From Hydrolagus colliei (Eukaryota): DNA of 64,000 nt. Numbering within the stretch: position 1 is the stretch's first letter; every line of letters begins with the position of its first letter. The stretch is taken from contig CM068750.1 in assembly GCA_035084275.1 (NCBI GenBank), positions 9,486,001 to 9,550,000 of the forward strand, in the 5' to 3' direction. This document shows positions 1 through 12,068 of the stretch, piece after piece. The notes beneath the pieces are model-generated. The model was given only the letters and a program-made list of their open reading frames with translations, ran no database searches and was not told the origin of the DNA. Position numbers and translations under genes: made by a program.

Positions 1-139
1 GCTTTAAGCAGTCAATTAAACAATAAAGGAGTAATTTGATCGTCCAAAGCATGCAGATTGTGTAGATTTTCCTACACGGTGTCTGGAATGTTTCTGGCCT
101 CTATGTTATGGTTATTTGCAATGCTGATTGAGAATATAT

Positions 140-826
140 CAATAAATATTGAAAAGATTATATCTGATCATATGGGATTTAAAAAAATAAACTAATGATC
201 ACGCATGTCCTGAGTGCATACTACAAAGATCCTTACACCAGAAACTCAGACATTGTGTAATCCTCCAATTCTCATTTTACACTATAATTAAACCAAGCTG
301 CAGGGCCCACCAAGAGCTAGAATTGTAATGTGAAACAAACATGAACTTTTCAAGATCAAAGAGGAACTGTACTACCAGATTAATGGCTCTTACCAAATGG
401 GGCAGGGAAGTTCAAGAAACACGTGATGGACGCCACAAAGTTGGCAGAGCCAATAATCTTCTTTGCAGGAAATATAAAACACAAGGGTATGCAGGAACAT
501 ATACAAATCAAAGATTTCTTAAAAGAGAAGAATAAATGCTGTCGTGCTTACCTACAGAAAACTTTACAGAGAAATCCTACAAAGTTTTTTGGAACGGCTT
601 AATGACGTGATAAAGCATTATACCAAATGCAATAATTCCATTCGTATTCAACAGAGCTAGGGAAGTGGGGAGGGGGGTGGGGAGGGGGGCACGGGGGGAT
701 TGGAACAAAGAGGCAAGGGAAAAGGGGAGAGAGGGGTGAGGGAGAAGGTAACACTAGGGTAGACTAGTTGGGCCAAATGGCCCATTTTACTGTGCTGTAC
801 AATGCGTAACATATTACATTATGTAA
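140..826 (+). mobile_element. Heavily deleted CR1-type LINE remnant ending in a CR1 3' tail
   Basis: 757-826 (GGGTAGACTAGTTGGGCCAAATGGCCCATTTTACTGTGCTGTAC...) resembles the CR1 3' UTR terminus. Upstream traces are GACGCCACAAAGTTGGC (DDTKLG-like) at ~429 and a WN-x-L-like stretch at ~590. The 5' boundary is approximate. Confidence 0.4.
667..697 (+). repeat. G-rich tract with G-quadruplex potential
   Basis: GGGGAGGGGGGTGGGGAGGGGGGCACGGGGG has five runs of 4 or more G. Confidence 0.6.
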
Positions 827-2089
827 TTGTTCATAATGTTCAGGATGTTTTTGTGAATGCTACCAAATAGTTTTATTCCCCTTAAGATCATTAACTCTGC
901 CATTCAGGCTTGCAGTCTCCACGGGTGCGTTGAGGTTTGCCATGTGGGTGCCAATCTTCTATTATGAATCCTGAGGTTCCCATTGCAGGATCACATCATG
1001 TAACAAAAAGGGTCACGGTGCAATTATAAGGAGCTGGCCTTATATCCATATCACACTATAAACCGTACTGCTCTACAACATACGTGACCAGTGCACTCCC
1101 TCTTGCAGCATCGGGGTCCGTTTTATACATTGCAGTTAACAAAGCAATTGGTATCCATAAAATCACTGCCGTTGATTGTAGCGCTTTATCAGGAAACAGT
1201 TAACAACAGTGGGGTTGAATACACAAGCAGGTTTTGCTGCAAAGAGAATGCAACAGATCAGATATACTTCACGTGTGTATTCATTAGGACCCCATATTGA
1301 CATTTATAAATCACCACTATGTGAATAAACGTTCCAGTGTTTCAATAATAAATCTTTGTGTTTGATAAATACACAACCACACAGAATAGTACTCAGGGCT
1401 AAACCTTGGAAATATCTTAAAGGCTCTTTGCCAAAACTGATAATTGTTGCAAGTTGCAACCATTAGTACTTGGTGGAAAGTTCCCGCTATTCCAATTTCA
1501 ATTAAATTAGAACATTTCTTTTTTAATGGATCTTAGGTCTTTTTCCAGACCTACTGATAACATGTACAGCCATAAAAATCTAACAATTAGGCATTGAGAG
1601 TAAATCTACTCCTGTCTATGGCACCCTGATAAGTGATGTGTGATGTCTTTGTTATAGGCAGTGGGAAAAATAATCTGGGAAAAGTAAGCAAAGTAAGCAA
1701 AACACATCTTTCAATGAAACCATAATCTCAAATTGTAATGTTATATGGTAAAATGAATCACTGGCAAAACTTATAAAACTGACAAACTCTCCGTTAATAC
1801 TTATGTGATTTTAGTAAGATGCAAATGAGTATTCTGCAGAGTTCTGACGTGAACATACCTCTCTGTAGCATCACACAGTAGCAATATGTCTTGTTCAATC
1901 TTTGCAAATCCATGCACACTTCACAACTAATTCTGATGGGTCTGTGGTGACCCAAGTTATGGAAAACTGGAAAAACCTTATCTGCCTTTAACTGAGGGAG
2001 CATTTAGGAGGAGTGGGTGCAAGAAATTGCTGGCAAATAACATCTCAGAACATAAAAACAAATCACTGTTCAGGAGAAACATGAAAATG

Positions 2090-2760
2090 CGAAAAATTGC
2101 ATCTGCTAGCAGTTAACTAAAGTTTTGTAAGTTCACAAAATACTTGGGGAAAAGTGGCAAAAAATTAAATTCAAGGGATTCCTAGGAATACTTACTGTTA
2201 TTAGATGTAACTGACCTTCATTTTGTATTAGCCATCGATGTAGCAATCTAATTTGCAGTTTCTTCTTAGACCCCCAGATATTTATTTTAATCACATGTTT
2301 TCTGTGAGACACCTTATGAAATGTTTTCTGAGAAGCAACATATATGTGATACACCATTGCATCATAACATACCATGTCTGTGTTTGACAAATCCCAATAC
2401 AGTATGTGTTTTAGTCTTCATCTGCCTTTTACAATCCCATTTTTCTTGGATTTATTGCATTTCTTCTCATCAGAGGCTTTTACGTTGCTTCCTTTATGAG
2501 AGTCCAGTATATTCCACACTATATTTGTCAGGCTAACAGGCCTACAATTCCCAGTTCATGGTTGGAACCTTTCTGAAAGATTAGAATTACATTAGCTATT
2601 TTGCAATCTTTGGGAACCACCCTCGTGTCCAATAAGCTTCAGAATGTTTCCATCAGGGCACCCTCCATTCCCATTCATTTCTTTTAGTACTCTCAGATGC
2701 ATTCTCTCTCAGTCAGGTGCTTTATGAGCCTTTAAATACTTCAGAGTCTTAATGATAATT
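2090..2760 (-). mobile_element. CR1 LINE ORF2 reverse-transcriptase remnant (frameshifted)
   Basis: The minus strand translates to VVPKDCKIANVILIFQKG..(fs)GNCRPVSLTNIV and SQKTFHKVSHRKHVIK. These match the CR1 RT motifs VPxDWKxANVxPIFKKG..GNYRPVSLT and DFxKAFDKVPH. Confidence 0.8.
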
Positions 2761-3613
2761 TGATTATTGACCCCTATTTTCTGAATAAATTCACATTTAT
2801 CCAGTATCATTGAAACTGTGGCTGAAATGACAAAATTTCACTCTGAAATTGTCTGGCTCTGTAGATCTGATTGTAAAGCTGAAAATTCTTCAATACAGTT
2901 AACCTACCTCAGCAGCCATAAAAATACTTCATTTTGTTCATCAGTTAAACAAAAAGAATTGTTCCACTCTATGCACAACATGTTGTACGTAGTTTTACAA
3001 AACAGCTTTCATTTGAGTAAAGGGCAACATTAGCCATGTAATATTCCTATAATTTCAAATCACGTCTATTAAAAATTCTTAAAGTTGGTTAATATAGTAC
3101 AATGCTTATAGCCCCAAACCCTCACAGATACTTGCTTGTCTGATTCTGGACATGGAGTATAGAAATTATTTGACTTTCATGAGATAAAATGTGACCTGAG
3201 TAGTTTTCACCATTGGTAGCAGTCAGTGTCAGTGAGGGGCAGATACAACTCTGACCAATCCCTCATGAGGGCTACTTCTAACCTTTCAGAAGCATTAGCC
3301 TTACAGGAAAATCCACCCTACATCTTTCAAAGGCATAGAAATATATATCATCCAAACAAAGGAGAAGATTTGAATCCCACTGTTTCAACCCAGCCAAACA
3401 CCCCTTCAAGGTTAAAACAAAGAATCAATAGTCCTACAATGTTAAATACTGGACTAGGCAATGACTACTGTGCCTGAATATCTCACGTTAAAAATCTTCA
3501 AATAGAATACTCTTTGCAACTATTATGAAATAAATTACTTTGGATTGAAATGTATACATTGAGCTGGATTTTTTGGGAAAGTGAAATTGTTCTCTGCTTT
3601 AATAACAACAATG

Positions 3614-3915
3614 AATAATAATCCTTGCATGTGATATAGCACCTTATCATGTCTTCCAGAGGTATCAAAGTGCTTCACAGAATATACTGTAAGGTGAATT
3701 GACTGTATATACCTGGGCAAAACGTGGCAGTCAATTCCACATAGCAGTGTCCCACAAACAGTCATGGGTTGAAATGACCAATGTATTCTTTTTAGGGATT
3801 ATTATTAGGTGTGTGGAGTAAGGAAAGTTGCCCAAGGTTTTACTCTGCCTAGAATCGAACCCAGGTCTCTCGCTTGTAAGGCGAGTGCTCTAACCACTCA
3901 GCTACAGGTCTCCAC
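3614..3915 (-). mobile_element. Near full-length tRNA-derived SINE with L2-type tail
   Basis: The minus strand begins GTGGAGACCTGTAGCTGAGTGGTTAGAGC (A box), then anticodon-like arm CTCGC-CTTACAA-GCGAG and B box GGTTCGATTC (3852-3861). It ends GCTATATCACATGCAAGGATTATTATT and is colinear with the copy at 50192-50489. Confidence 0.92.
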
Positions 3916-5399
3916 AAATGCCTGCCTTCTATCAGCTGATCAGGTCTTGCCTTTACAATAACTTATTAAGCCGTATGAACTGATGGTGAAAGAGTTAGGA
4001 ATATTTATAATGTTACGAGGGCTACCCTTCTCTTTATCGTTTATGAATGATGAGCAGGACATCCTACAAACCAGTTACTACCTACCCAGACAGACATTTC
4101 TCAATGTCTTCTGCTTCCTATTGCCAAATTGATTTTTCAATCTAGCTTGCTAACTAGCCACACACCTTAATCTTCTTAAAATTCAACATAAGTCATGTTT
4201 GAACAAATGCCTTCTGAAATTCAAGTCCATTATATTAGGTGAATAGCCATCAGCCGCTAATTTAGTTATCTCCTAATAATTCCAGTAGATTTGTGAGGTA
4301 TAATCTATTATTTCTGAAACCATGCTTAACAGCTTCTTTGGCCTCTGTGCTCTTAGATGAGCATTGATGGAATCATGTAAAATCCTATTATCATTCACCC
4401 CCCTCACCCACTCCACCCCCGGACATGCCGACCAGTTTATCAATCTTTGAGTCTCTCTTGCTCATTTCTGAATAGCTTAACTATCTAAAATATTAACTAA
4501 AGCTTAACTTTACCATTGAACTTCCCCAGTGTTACCTGAACTCATCTAGGTTACATTGTTATACAATGCCTGCTACATATTGGTTTGTATGTTGTTAGCA
4601 TTGACTGCACAATCAATACACAGCCCTCTGGATAGGATAGCTTCATGAACATCATGGTGAAACCATCCAGTAAATGTATGCAAAGATGTGCATTTGTATG
4701 TAATGAAGCTTTATCCAGGACTTCTAACTCAGACTATGGAAAGGAAGATTCAGACATTAAGTACTAACGTATAGAATTAACTTAATAATCTCTTTAATAG
4801 CATAATTAAGCTATAGTTCAAAATGCTATTAAAGACCATTGGGTTTGTTTTATTGTTCAGGTCAATGTAGAGTCCTGAATTACACAAGTTACATCTCTCT
4901 TGTGCCTCAGAATATATGCACATTTCTTGTTGAATCAGTTTATTTTCAGTGACTTAACTGAGCTCACATTCCCTGTGCTTGGTAGGGCTCAATTTCACAA
5001 ATTAATCCATGAAGTAATTACCCCTGGCATTCTGTTTAGCCTTTGGCTTCCTCAGTTTATAATAATTTCTCATACTTCTCAACTGCATCTTCGAAAAAAG
5101 AATTACACATTCACCCCCAATCCCTTCAGGATTCTTAAATCTTGGGATCAAATTCCTTTCATTCATCCACACCCAAACAGATTTAGGTCACTTAACCTCA
5201 CTTTGGGTCACATTAATTTTGGTTCTCATATCTATAGTTAGTACATGTCTTTGAACCCTAACCCATAGCTCTGGACCCTTTTTCTAGGTATAATTACTGA
5301 TATCAACACATCCTAAGTACTAATGCTTTGTAAATTCATAGTATAACTTCCCTGGAATTGTACTTAATTAATCACTTATACATGCTTATGTTTTGTTTT

Positions 5400-6100
5400 C
5401 CATAGCAATGACTGCCTCACAATGAGACAAGAACCTTTATATTCAATCATACAGCGTACCTAACCCCTTCCATAATGTATTCTTCGTTGTGTAATCAGGG
5501 TTTCTATTTTTAGCTCCAAATGCATTAATTTTCATGCCTCAATATTAATTACCATTTTCCAGGCTTTTGTTTCATCTCTAAATGACTATAGATCCCTTGA
5601 AATAATACCCACCATGTCAGAACATCCTGCTGCCTGTGAGCCATTTAACTTTCGTATCATCCAAAAAACTCCAGCCATTCTGCTCCTCATACCTTCCTGA
5701 AACTCAGTAATTAATATTACAAACAATAGGGAACTCAGGACTGATCTGTGGGAGCTGCCACTGGTCACAGCTGTTCAATTAGAAAAATCACCATCAATAA
5801 CTTCTCTGTGTCTCATTTTACACTAGCCTATTAATAATCCAATTCACACCTTTATCACAGATCTCATTATGTTTCACTTTAGCTGGAATCTCCTGTGAGC
5901 CATCTTATCAAATACTTTATGAAGCCAATACTTGCATAATATTATACTCTGATCAAATATCAGATCATTATTATTATTATCAACTAATTGCAGTTACATC
6001 TGCAATGTACTCCATGTTTATTGGGAATAACCTGTCCCTCTTAAATCTGTTTTGACTTTAATCTATTATTTTCCCATCACCAGTTGTTCTTGAATTGCTT
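5400..6100 (-). mobile_element. CR1 LINE ORF2 reverse-transcriptase remnant
   Basis: ORF 5586..5768 (TSGSSHRSVLSSLLFVILITE..) is a decayed VTSGVPQGSVLGPLLFxIxINDL. An upstream CTTCATAAAGTATTTGATAAGATGGCTCAC segment corresponds to DFxKAFDKVPH. Confidence 0.75.
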
Positions 6101-7439
6101 CTACTTTAAGTCATGATTTGCTTAACGGTTGGAGCATAACCGAAGACCACAGCTGAATACTTTTCCAGAAGCCACTCAGGTAGGAATACCTCCCATGTTA
6201 TTATAGTGTCCTGGAGAAAAAAGCTCACTTCGACCCTTCTATGTTGAACAATCCTGGAGTGGGAGAAAGGCCTACAAAAATGAAGGGGCAAGAGCAGAAA
6301 GCGTCAATAAGATATACAACATCACCTTGTTTGTGATATTTGCCTTTATTTTTTCAGGTGCTTCTTGTTTACCTTTTGAGCAGTAAAGATCCTGGGAGTG
6401 GAAAGGTGGACATGGTGAACATTGGCCAACCTGCAATAAAGATTAACAAAGTTTTGTCAGCTAATTGTCGAGTTATTTCCCTACCTACCTCATTCCCATG
6501 TTGAAGCAGACAACTAGCTGAAGACTTTATGCACCACTCGCTTTCTGACCTTTCTGTGACTGGGTCATTAACAACTACAGGACCAAGTCAATAATGTACT
6601 TCATTACGCTCCTACCCAAGTAAACGAACACCGGCTTCGGAGGAGAGCACCAACAGGGTCAATGCAATATTTACCACCCATACAACCTGATAGGAGGTCA
6701 GAAAACATTCTCATGAAATTAAGAGAACAAAACAAAACCTGACCTTCAATTGCCAGGCGAGGAAAACCATGGGTGGTGGGCCTCAGGAATTCAGTTTTGA
6801 CAGAAATAGTGGCAAAACTTTTCAGAAAGACTGACTGAGGTCAAACAAGACAAATCCATGAGTAAATGCCGTGAGTGTGTTTCCTTCTTTGTGATGATGT
6901 CTATCACACCCTAACAGCTATGAAGTTTAGCTTACAGCAGGTTCTAAGTTGCGAGGTTTCTAGAAGCGCTTTGTTAATGCCGAAATCTAAATGTGATTAT
7001 AGCCAATTTCCTGGAACTTGACTCAGACATCAAGTGGACTGTAATGTCAAAGTGATGGTTACTAACAATAATGCCGTGGCCACACCACACATACTATTAT
7101 GGCTACGAAGGATAGGAAAATCTACCATCAAGATAAATACCTCCATGCCTGACATCCATAACACGTTGAAACAACAATTAATCAAATTGCTTGTGCACTA
7201 GTCCACCATCGAGGCAATATAAAATAAGAAAGTGGTTTCAATAAAATCCTTGGTAACCCAGGGGCTGAGAACATGTGGCAGCACTTGAAAGTATGCCCTG
7301 TATTCTCTCCAGGTATGGTTATTGCCTGAGATTCTTATAAGGCTGTCAACTCCTGTTTTTCTGATCCTCACTTGAAAGGAAGATGGCAGCAAAAACAGAA
7401 GCAAATGCCATGGTGTTGCCCTCACTGTGAAGTATTTAT

Positions 7440-7640
7440 TCGGTTACTGCCAGTCACCTCGAAGCAGGACGTACAGACCGCAGGCCCCCTTAATTGGAAA
7501 TTGCAAAGCGGTTTGATTTAATTCAGTTCTCTCAACGGCTAAATAGCCTTGATTGCTGTTCTCCCAACAGATTTGGAAATCTGTTTCCAGGATCATAAAA
7601 CCAATGCTGGAAACCTGGAACCATCATCCATAACTGTTTT
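7440..7640. promoter_or_regulatory. Candidate conserved non-coding element/enhancer
   Basis: Non-repetitive, CpG-retaining segment with TAATTG, TGATTTAAT and TCATAAAA homeodomain-type motifs and short palindromes. Conservation was not tested. Confidence 0.25.
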
Positions 7641-7820
7641 ATGGCACATTGCACTGTGGTTTCTCAGTGTCAGGCTGCCAGAAATGCTGCTGAAACTTGA
7701 AACTCCCCTCTAAGTACCTCCAGACTTGACGGGGGAAAAAAAATTGCTCCACGATAACTAACAGTGGAAAAATTAGTACTAATTAGTGGATCTTCAAAAA
7801 TCACCAGTAAAACTCTCCAG

Positions 7821-8000
7821 TGATCTGAGCCGGGCAGATTGTGAAACACTATAATTGGCTACAGCGCCCCTGGGCTAGGGCCTTGGAAAACCAGCCAGAG
7901 CTGCTGCTCCTGATTGCTTTCTCATGACCCTGATAGGAAAGTGTGTGTTTGTGGATGTTGTGTGAGGTTCGGATGATAAAGTTTGGATTTGATGCCCTCC
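7821..8000 (+). mobile_element. Ancient SINE-like interspersed repeat fragment (family name not asserted)
   Basis: TGATCTGAGCCGGGC..TATAATTGGCTACAGCGCCCCTGGGCTAGGG..AAAACCAGCCAGAGCTGCTGCTCCTGATTGCT..GACCCTGATAGGAAAGTGTGTG..GTGGATGTTGTGTGAGG..TGATGCCCTCCA is colinear with an old vertebrate repeat consensus I recall. It needs Dfam confirmation. Confidence 0.55.
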
Positions 8001-8364
8001 ATCTCGGTTGTGCAAGATAAGGGAGTATTTCTGATACCTATGAAATTGTGTGTCAGCCCAACAGTCCCTACAGCAGAGTAAAGCAACTATTTTATGGCTG
8101 TGAATGTATCTGTGTGGTAAATAATTAGTTTGGGTGGTTCATGTGTTGTGGAATATGATGTACAGTACCAACGTATTTCTAAGGCAGTGATGTTTACATA
8201 AACTTACTGCAATAATTTTAGAAATACCATTGCTGAAGTTAATAATTAATCAGTTATGTGTAAGGCAACTAAGAATGTAAAAGCAAAGTTTGTTTTAATG
8301 CCCGTGGAGAACTTTGTGTGAGGACTGATATGTCAAGATTCACCAGTTTATTGTTATTGATTGA

Positions 8365-8466
8365 CGTTTGCCTACAAAATACACAGTCACTGCACTTTAC
8401 AGTATAATCCTGTGCTCTAACATGAAAGGTGCTATATAAAATGCAAGGATTATTGTTTTTATTATT
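8365..8466 (+). mobile_element. SINE 3' fragment (same family as 3614-3915)
   Basis: CCTACAAAATACACAGTCACTGCACTTTACAGTATA..CATGAAAGGTGCTATATAAAATGCAAGGATTATT. Confidence 0.8.
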
Positions 8467-9431
8467 GTAAAATTAATAAATTACCTGATAAATTTTAAAT
8501 GAACATTTATCAGCAGAAGAATCATTTCACTTTGAACCACATTCAGGCACACAATGTCACCTTAGCATTGTAAAGCTGTATATTTTAAACTTTGCGTGAG
8601 ATTACTTGAAAAATCTAGATGAAAATGCCGAATTGTCAACATTTTTCTATTTATAAGCGCATGCTGCAAAGTTCAATCATTTTCCCCAATATGAAGAAAA
8701 CTTGCACCTTAACGCCTACTTATCTAAAGCCTAAAAACAGCAGTGTTTTCGTGGAACTTAAGTTACAAAAAATTCTTTAAAATATGTATGGAAGGGCTTC
8801 AGGTTTTGAAGAGGCTTCATGTCACAGACAGCTGCAGTAATTACCTTTCATAGCTAGATGGTTTAAGTGCTATTATCCTTTTGTCTTCTTGAGTTCAGTG
8901 CAGATAATGGGGACCTCTGGTGTTTGAGCACCAGCTTAAGTATATGGAAATTTAGACAGCAAGCATTTGTGGCTGGAAGGTTGGTTTTCAACTTGTACAT
9001 ACATATATAGAGCAGTTTTCCTCATAGTCGATATCACTTGCAGGTTACAGCAGTTTCTGCAGTTATTAATACCTATGGTTCAGTGTAATTTGTCTTTTCT
9101 TTTTTAAGCTCCTTTCATACCACAGGCAGAAAGAGACCTGACATTTCCAGTCGTGAAGTGGTGGTAACATGTTGGGCGGGAAATCTGGAACCTAATTTGC
9201 ACCGTTCAATTTGAAACTGATTCAATAATTCCCACAAATGCACAGACGCGTCAGTGACATTCTGATGTCAGGGCACTGAAGCACATGTACACATTGCCAA
9301 GGGAGACGAGTGAAGCCAATGTTCGGCATGTTGCAATTTTGCCACAGCCATTCACATCAACTGGAGGTGATTTGTGCAGCAGAATTCAACAATGATTTAA
9401 CAGAAGTTATCGATTGTATTGCCTTGAGAAG

Positions 9432-9531
9432 TGCCCACAAAGTCAATCCACTTCACAATATATTCTGTGGAGCGCTTTGGGACATCTCAATGACATGATA
9501 ATGCCCTAAATCAAATGCAAGGATTATTGTT
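9432..9531 (+). mobile_element. SINE 3' fragment
   Basis: GCCCACAAAGTCAATCCACTTCACAATATATTCTGTGGAGCGCTTTGGGACATCTCAATGACATGATAATG..CAAATGCAAGGATTATT. Confidence 0.8.
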
Positions 9532-9759
9532 ACTCTATCATGATTATTATTAGAAGTGTAGTATAACCTGGACATTAGTTTATGTACAGATGCATCTCAT
9601 ATTTAAGAGGGAATATAGGCTAGTTAGAGCCAGTGCCCACCTTTGGCAGACAGAATTGATCTTGATTTTATTTAAACAGGAATACCTCAGAGTATGCACT
9701 TGCAATCTAATTTAGATTGAGAAAATCAGCCTACTTGAGCTGAAGTGTCAAACTATGGT

Positions 9760-10040
9760 TGGATGAAATGGCCTTTGAGCCCATTTGATCACACCCTTCC
9801 AGAACACCCATCATCATAACCAATCTTCCTGATACATGCTCCATTGGTTAATTACCTCTCCACACAAAGAAAACCTTCCAGATGAAGGTGATGAATCTGC
9901 CTTTCACAATCCTGAAACTGTGCCTTCTGCTTCTTATACTTTGGCATACCAGAAAATATTGTTCATGGTTTACTTGCTAAATCACATTTAGCATCTCTGT
10001 AAGGTGCTCACTGAGTCACCTCTTTTTGAGGCTGAGTGCC
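9760..10040 (-). mobile_element. Probable CR1 3' end remnant
   Basis: AATGGCCTTTGAGCCCATTTGATC is the reverse complement of a CR1-like 3' tail, followed by decayed CR1-like sequence. Confidence 0.35.
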
Positions 10041-10221
10041 AGTATCAGGGTTCAGGGCTGCATCAGGAGAGCTACTCGTCCACTCCCTTCAGGTTCATTC
10101 AAAGTGTTTCACAAAGAAAGTAAGAGAAAGTGTTAATATCTAGTTGAGTAGATTTAGTAATCGGTCAAAATAATTCTGAAGCGGGACCGCTAGTTGGGGT
10201 GTGTTGAAATTAATATTCCAA

Positions 10222-10281
10222 ATGCTCTGGGCTCCTATCCTGCATGAAAGGCACTATATAAATGCAAGTCGTTGTTGTTGT
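10222..10281 (+). mobile_element. L2-type LINE tail-only insertion
   Basis: GCTCTGGG..CATGAAAGGCACTATATAAATGCAAGTCGTTGTTGTTGT matches the (GTT)n-terminated tails elsewhere in the window. Confidence 0.7.
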
Positions 10282-11708
10282 CCTGAGTGCTTCACTTAAC
10301 ATGACAGTCGTCCTAGACTTATCTGATACAGTACTGTACTCAGATGTGTGTGCTGATACCAGTTGAGCTTTAGTACTGAATCTTTATCGCCCTGAGGCTT
10401 CTCTCTGAGGGGGGGAAATAAATCACTCACAGCATCATTCCTATTTACTTTGTTTGGTTCTATCCCTGTTTGTCTTAATATTCCCTTATTTAATTCACCT
10501 CCTCCCATGTTCCAGTATCCCTTGTAAAGTACAATGGCATGAGTTCTGCTTCACCATATCCCTCATTCACTGCTAATGTTAATCAAACAGGTTCTGGTTG
10601 ACGATAAATTAAGTGTTTGGCATTAACTCAGTGTGTGGTTAGAGCTATTCTGAAAGAATGTGCTTATCAACTTCACATTTTAAGTAAATTATTTAAATTG
10701 TATCACCATGAACTTAACATTTTTGGTGGCATTTTAACTTCCAGAGATGTAATTTAACAGCATTAATGCCAAATTAGTAGCTACATCAAAAATACTCCTA
10801 ATGAAAATGTGGATGGTTTATGACCCCCCAGAGCACTGATAGACACCCTTGCCCCGAGGCCTGGCTATGGATGGAGACACTAGATGGATATGATCTGTCT
10901 CGCTCATTATCCTTTAGACTGTAAACCGCTGCCTCCAGTGCTTCTCATCCTCATCCCCAAGGTCTGAGAAAAGGGATGCTCAGTAGGGTAAGCCCAATTA
11001 GAGCAGAAAAATATACAACCATTGGATAACTTCATCTTGTGTTTAATGATGACATTTATGTATTCACTTGATTACGGGCAATACTATTTGAATGGAATAT
11101 TATGATGTGGGATGTGTCTGTGTGTGAAATTCTTTACCTCACAATAAATATTGCTTGAATGAAAGGACTTGCAATAAAAGCTCTATAATGTGGACATATT
11201 GTTAGAATGTATCACTGGTGTTAAACCAAAGCTTTCACTATGGTATATACACACACATACAAGAATCATTAATATTTCAACACACATATTTTAGCATGGA
11301 TCAAGAAGCTTAGGTTTTGCTAAGTCTCTTTTACAATCTGCCCTGTATTGTAAATACCATTGAATGCAAAATATGGGCAAGGCCGAGCTTTAACTTTGGG
11401 AACAGGTACAGTACTTAACTTTAACAAATGAACAAAAAACAGAGCATAAAAGTCTTTGGGCCTGAATGTTTTGCTTGTGTTGTATAGGCAGATGTTGTGG
11501 CTGATGCATGAAGTATCCATGAGATACAAGTGGGAAGCTCAAGGGTACATTTTAGCAGCTGAGCAAGGAGGATAGGGGAATAAGGAAGATATTGCCGAGT
11601 GAAGCTCAGAGCATTCGTGCACCTGGTGTTTAACTTAAAAGGAGAATGATTTCCAAAACCATGACTTTATTCTAGCTAAAAGCCAATATAAATATTGGCT
11701 GACATTAC

Positions 11709-12068
11709 AGTGCAACGCTGAGGGGAGTGATGCTCTATTGTCATGGGTGTCCTCCTTCAGATGAAATGTTAAACTAGAGTTTCTGTTTGTCTGTTCAGGT
11801 GGATGTTAAACATCCCATGTCACTATGCAAAAATAGAAAAATATTGCTCCCGGTGTTCTGGCCAACAATATCGCAGACAAAATTTACCATTCGCTTCATG
11901 GCTGTTAGTGGGACATTGCTCTGTGCAAATTAAGAGCCGGGTCTGCATATAAATATACAGTCACTACAGTCACTACACTTTACAGTTCATTTTGTGAAAC
12001 AATTTTTAGACATTTTGATGACATGATGAGGTACTATATCAAATACTAGGATACTAATTCTTATTATT
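11709..12068 (+). mobile_element. Deu-domain SINE (DeuSINE/SacSINE1-like), 5'-truncated, with L2-type tail
   Basis: AGTGCAACGCTGAGGGGAGTG..CCTTCAGATGAAATGTTAAACTAGAG..TCAGGTGGATGTTAAACATCCCATGTCACTAT..CTCCCGGTGTTCTGGCCAAC matches the remembered Deu central domain. It is followed by CATGGCTGTTAGTGGGACATTGC..CAGTCACTACACTTTACAG..GGTACTATATCAAAT. Confidence 0.8.

Noticed and set aside
3845-3915. tRNA-Val(TAC)-like gene (and tRNA-Ala(TGC)-like at 50192)
   Set aside because: There is no proper acceptor stem or terminator, and both run straight into the SINE body, so these are SINE heads rather than tRNA genes.
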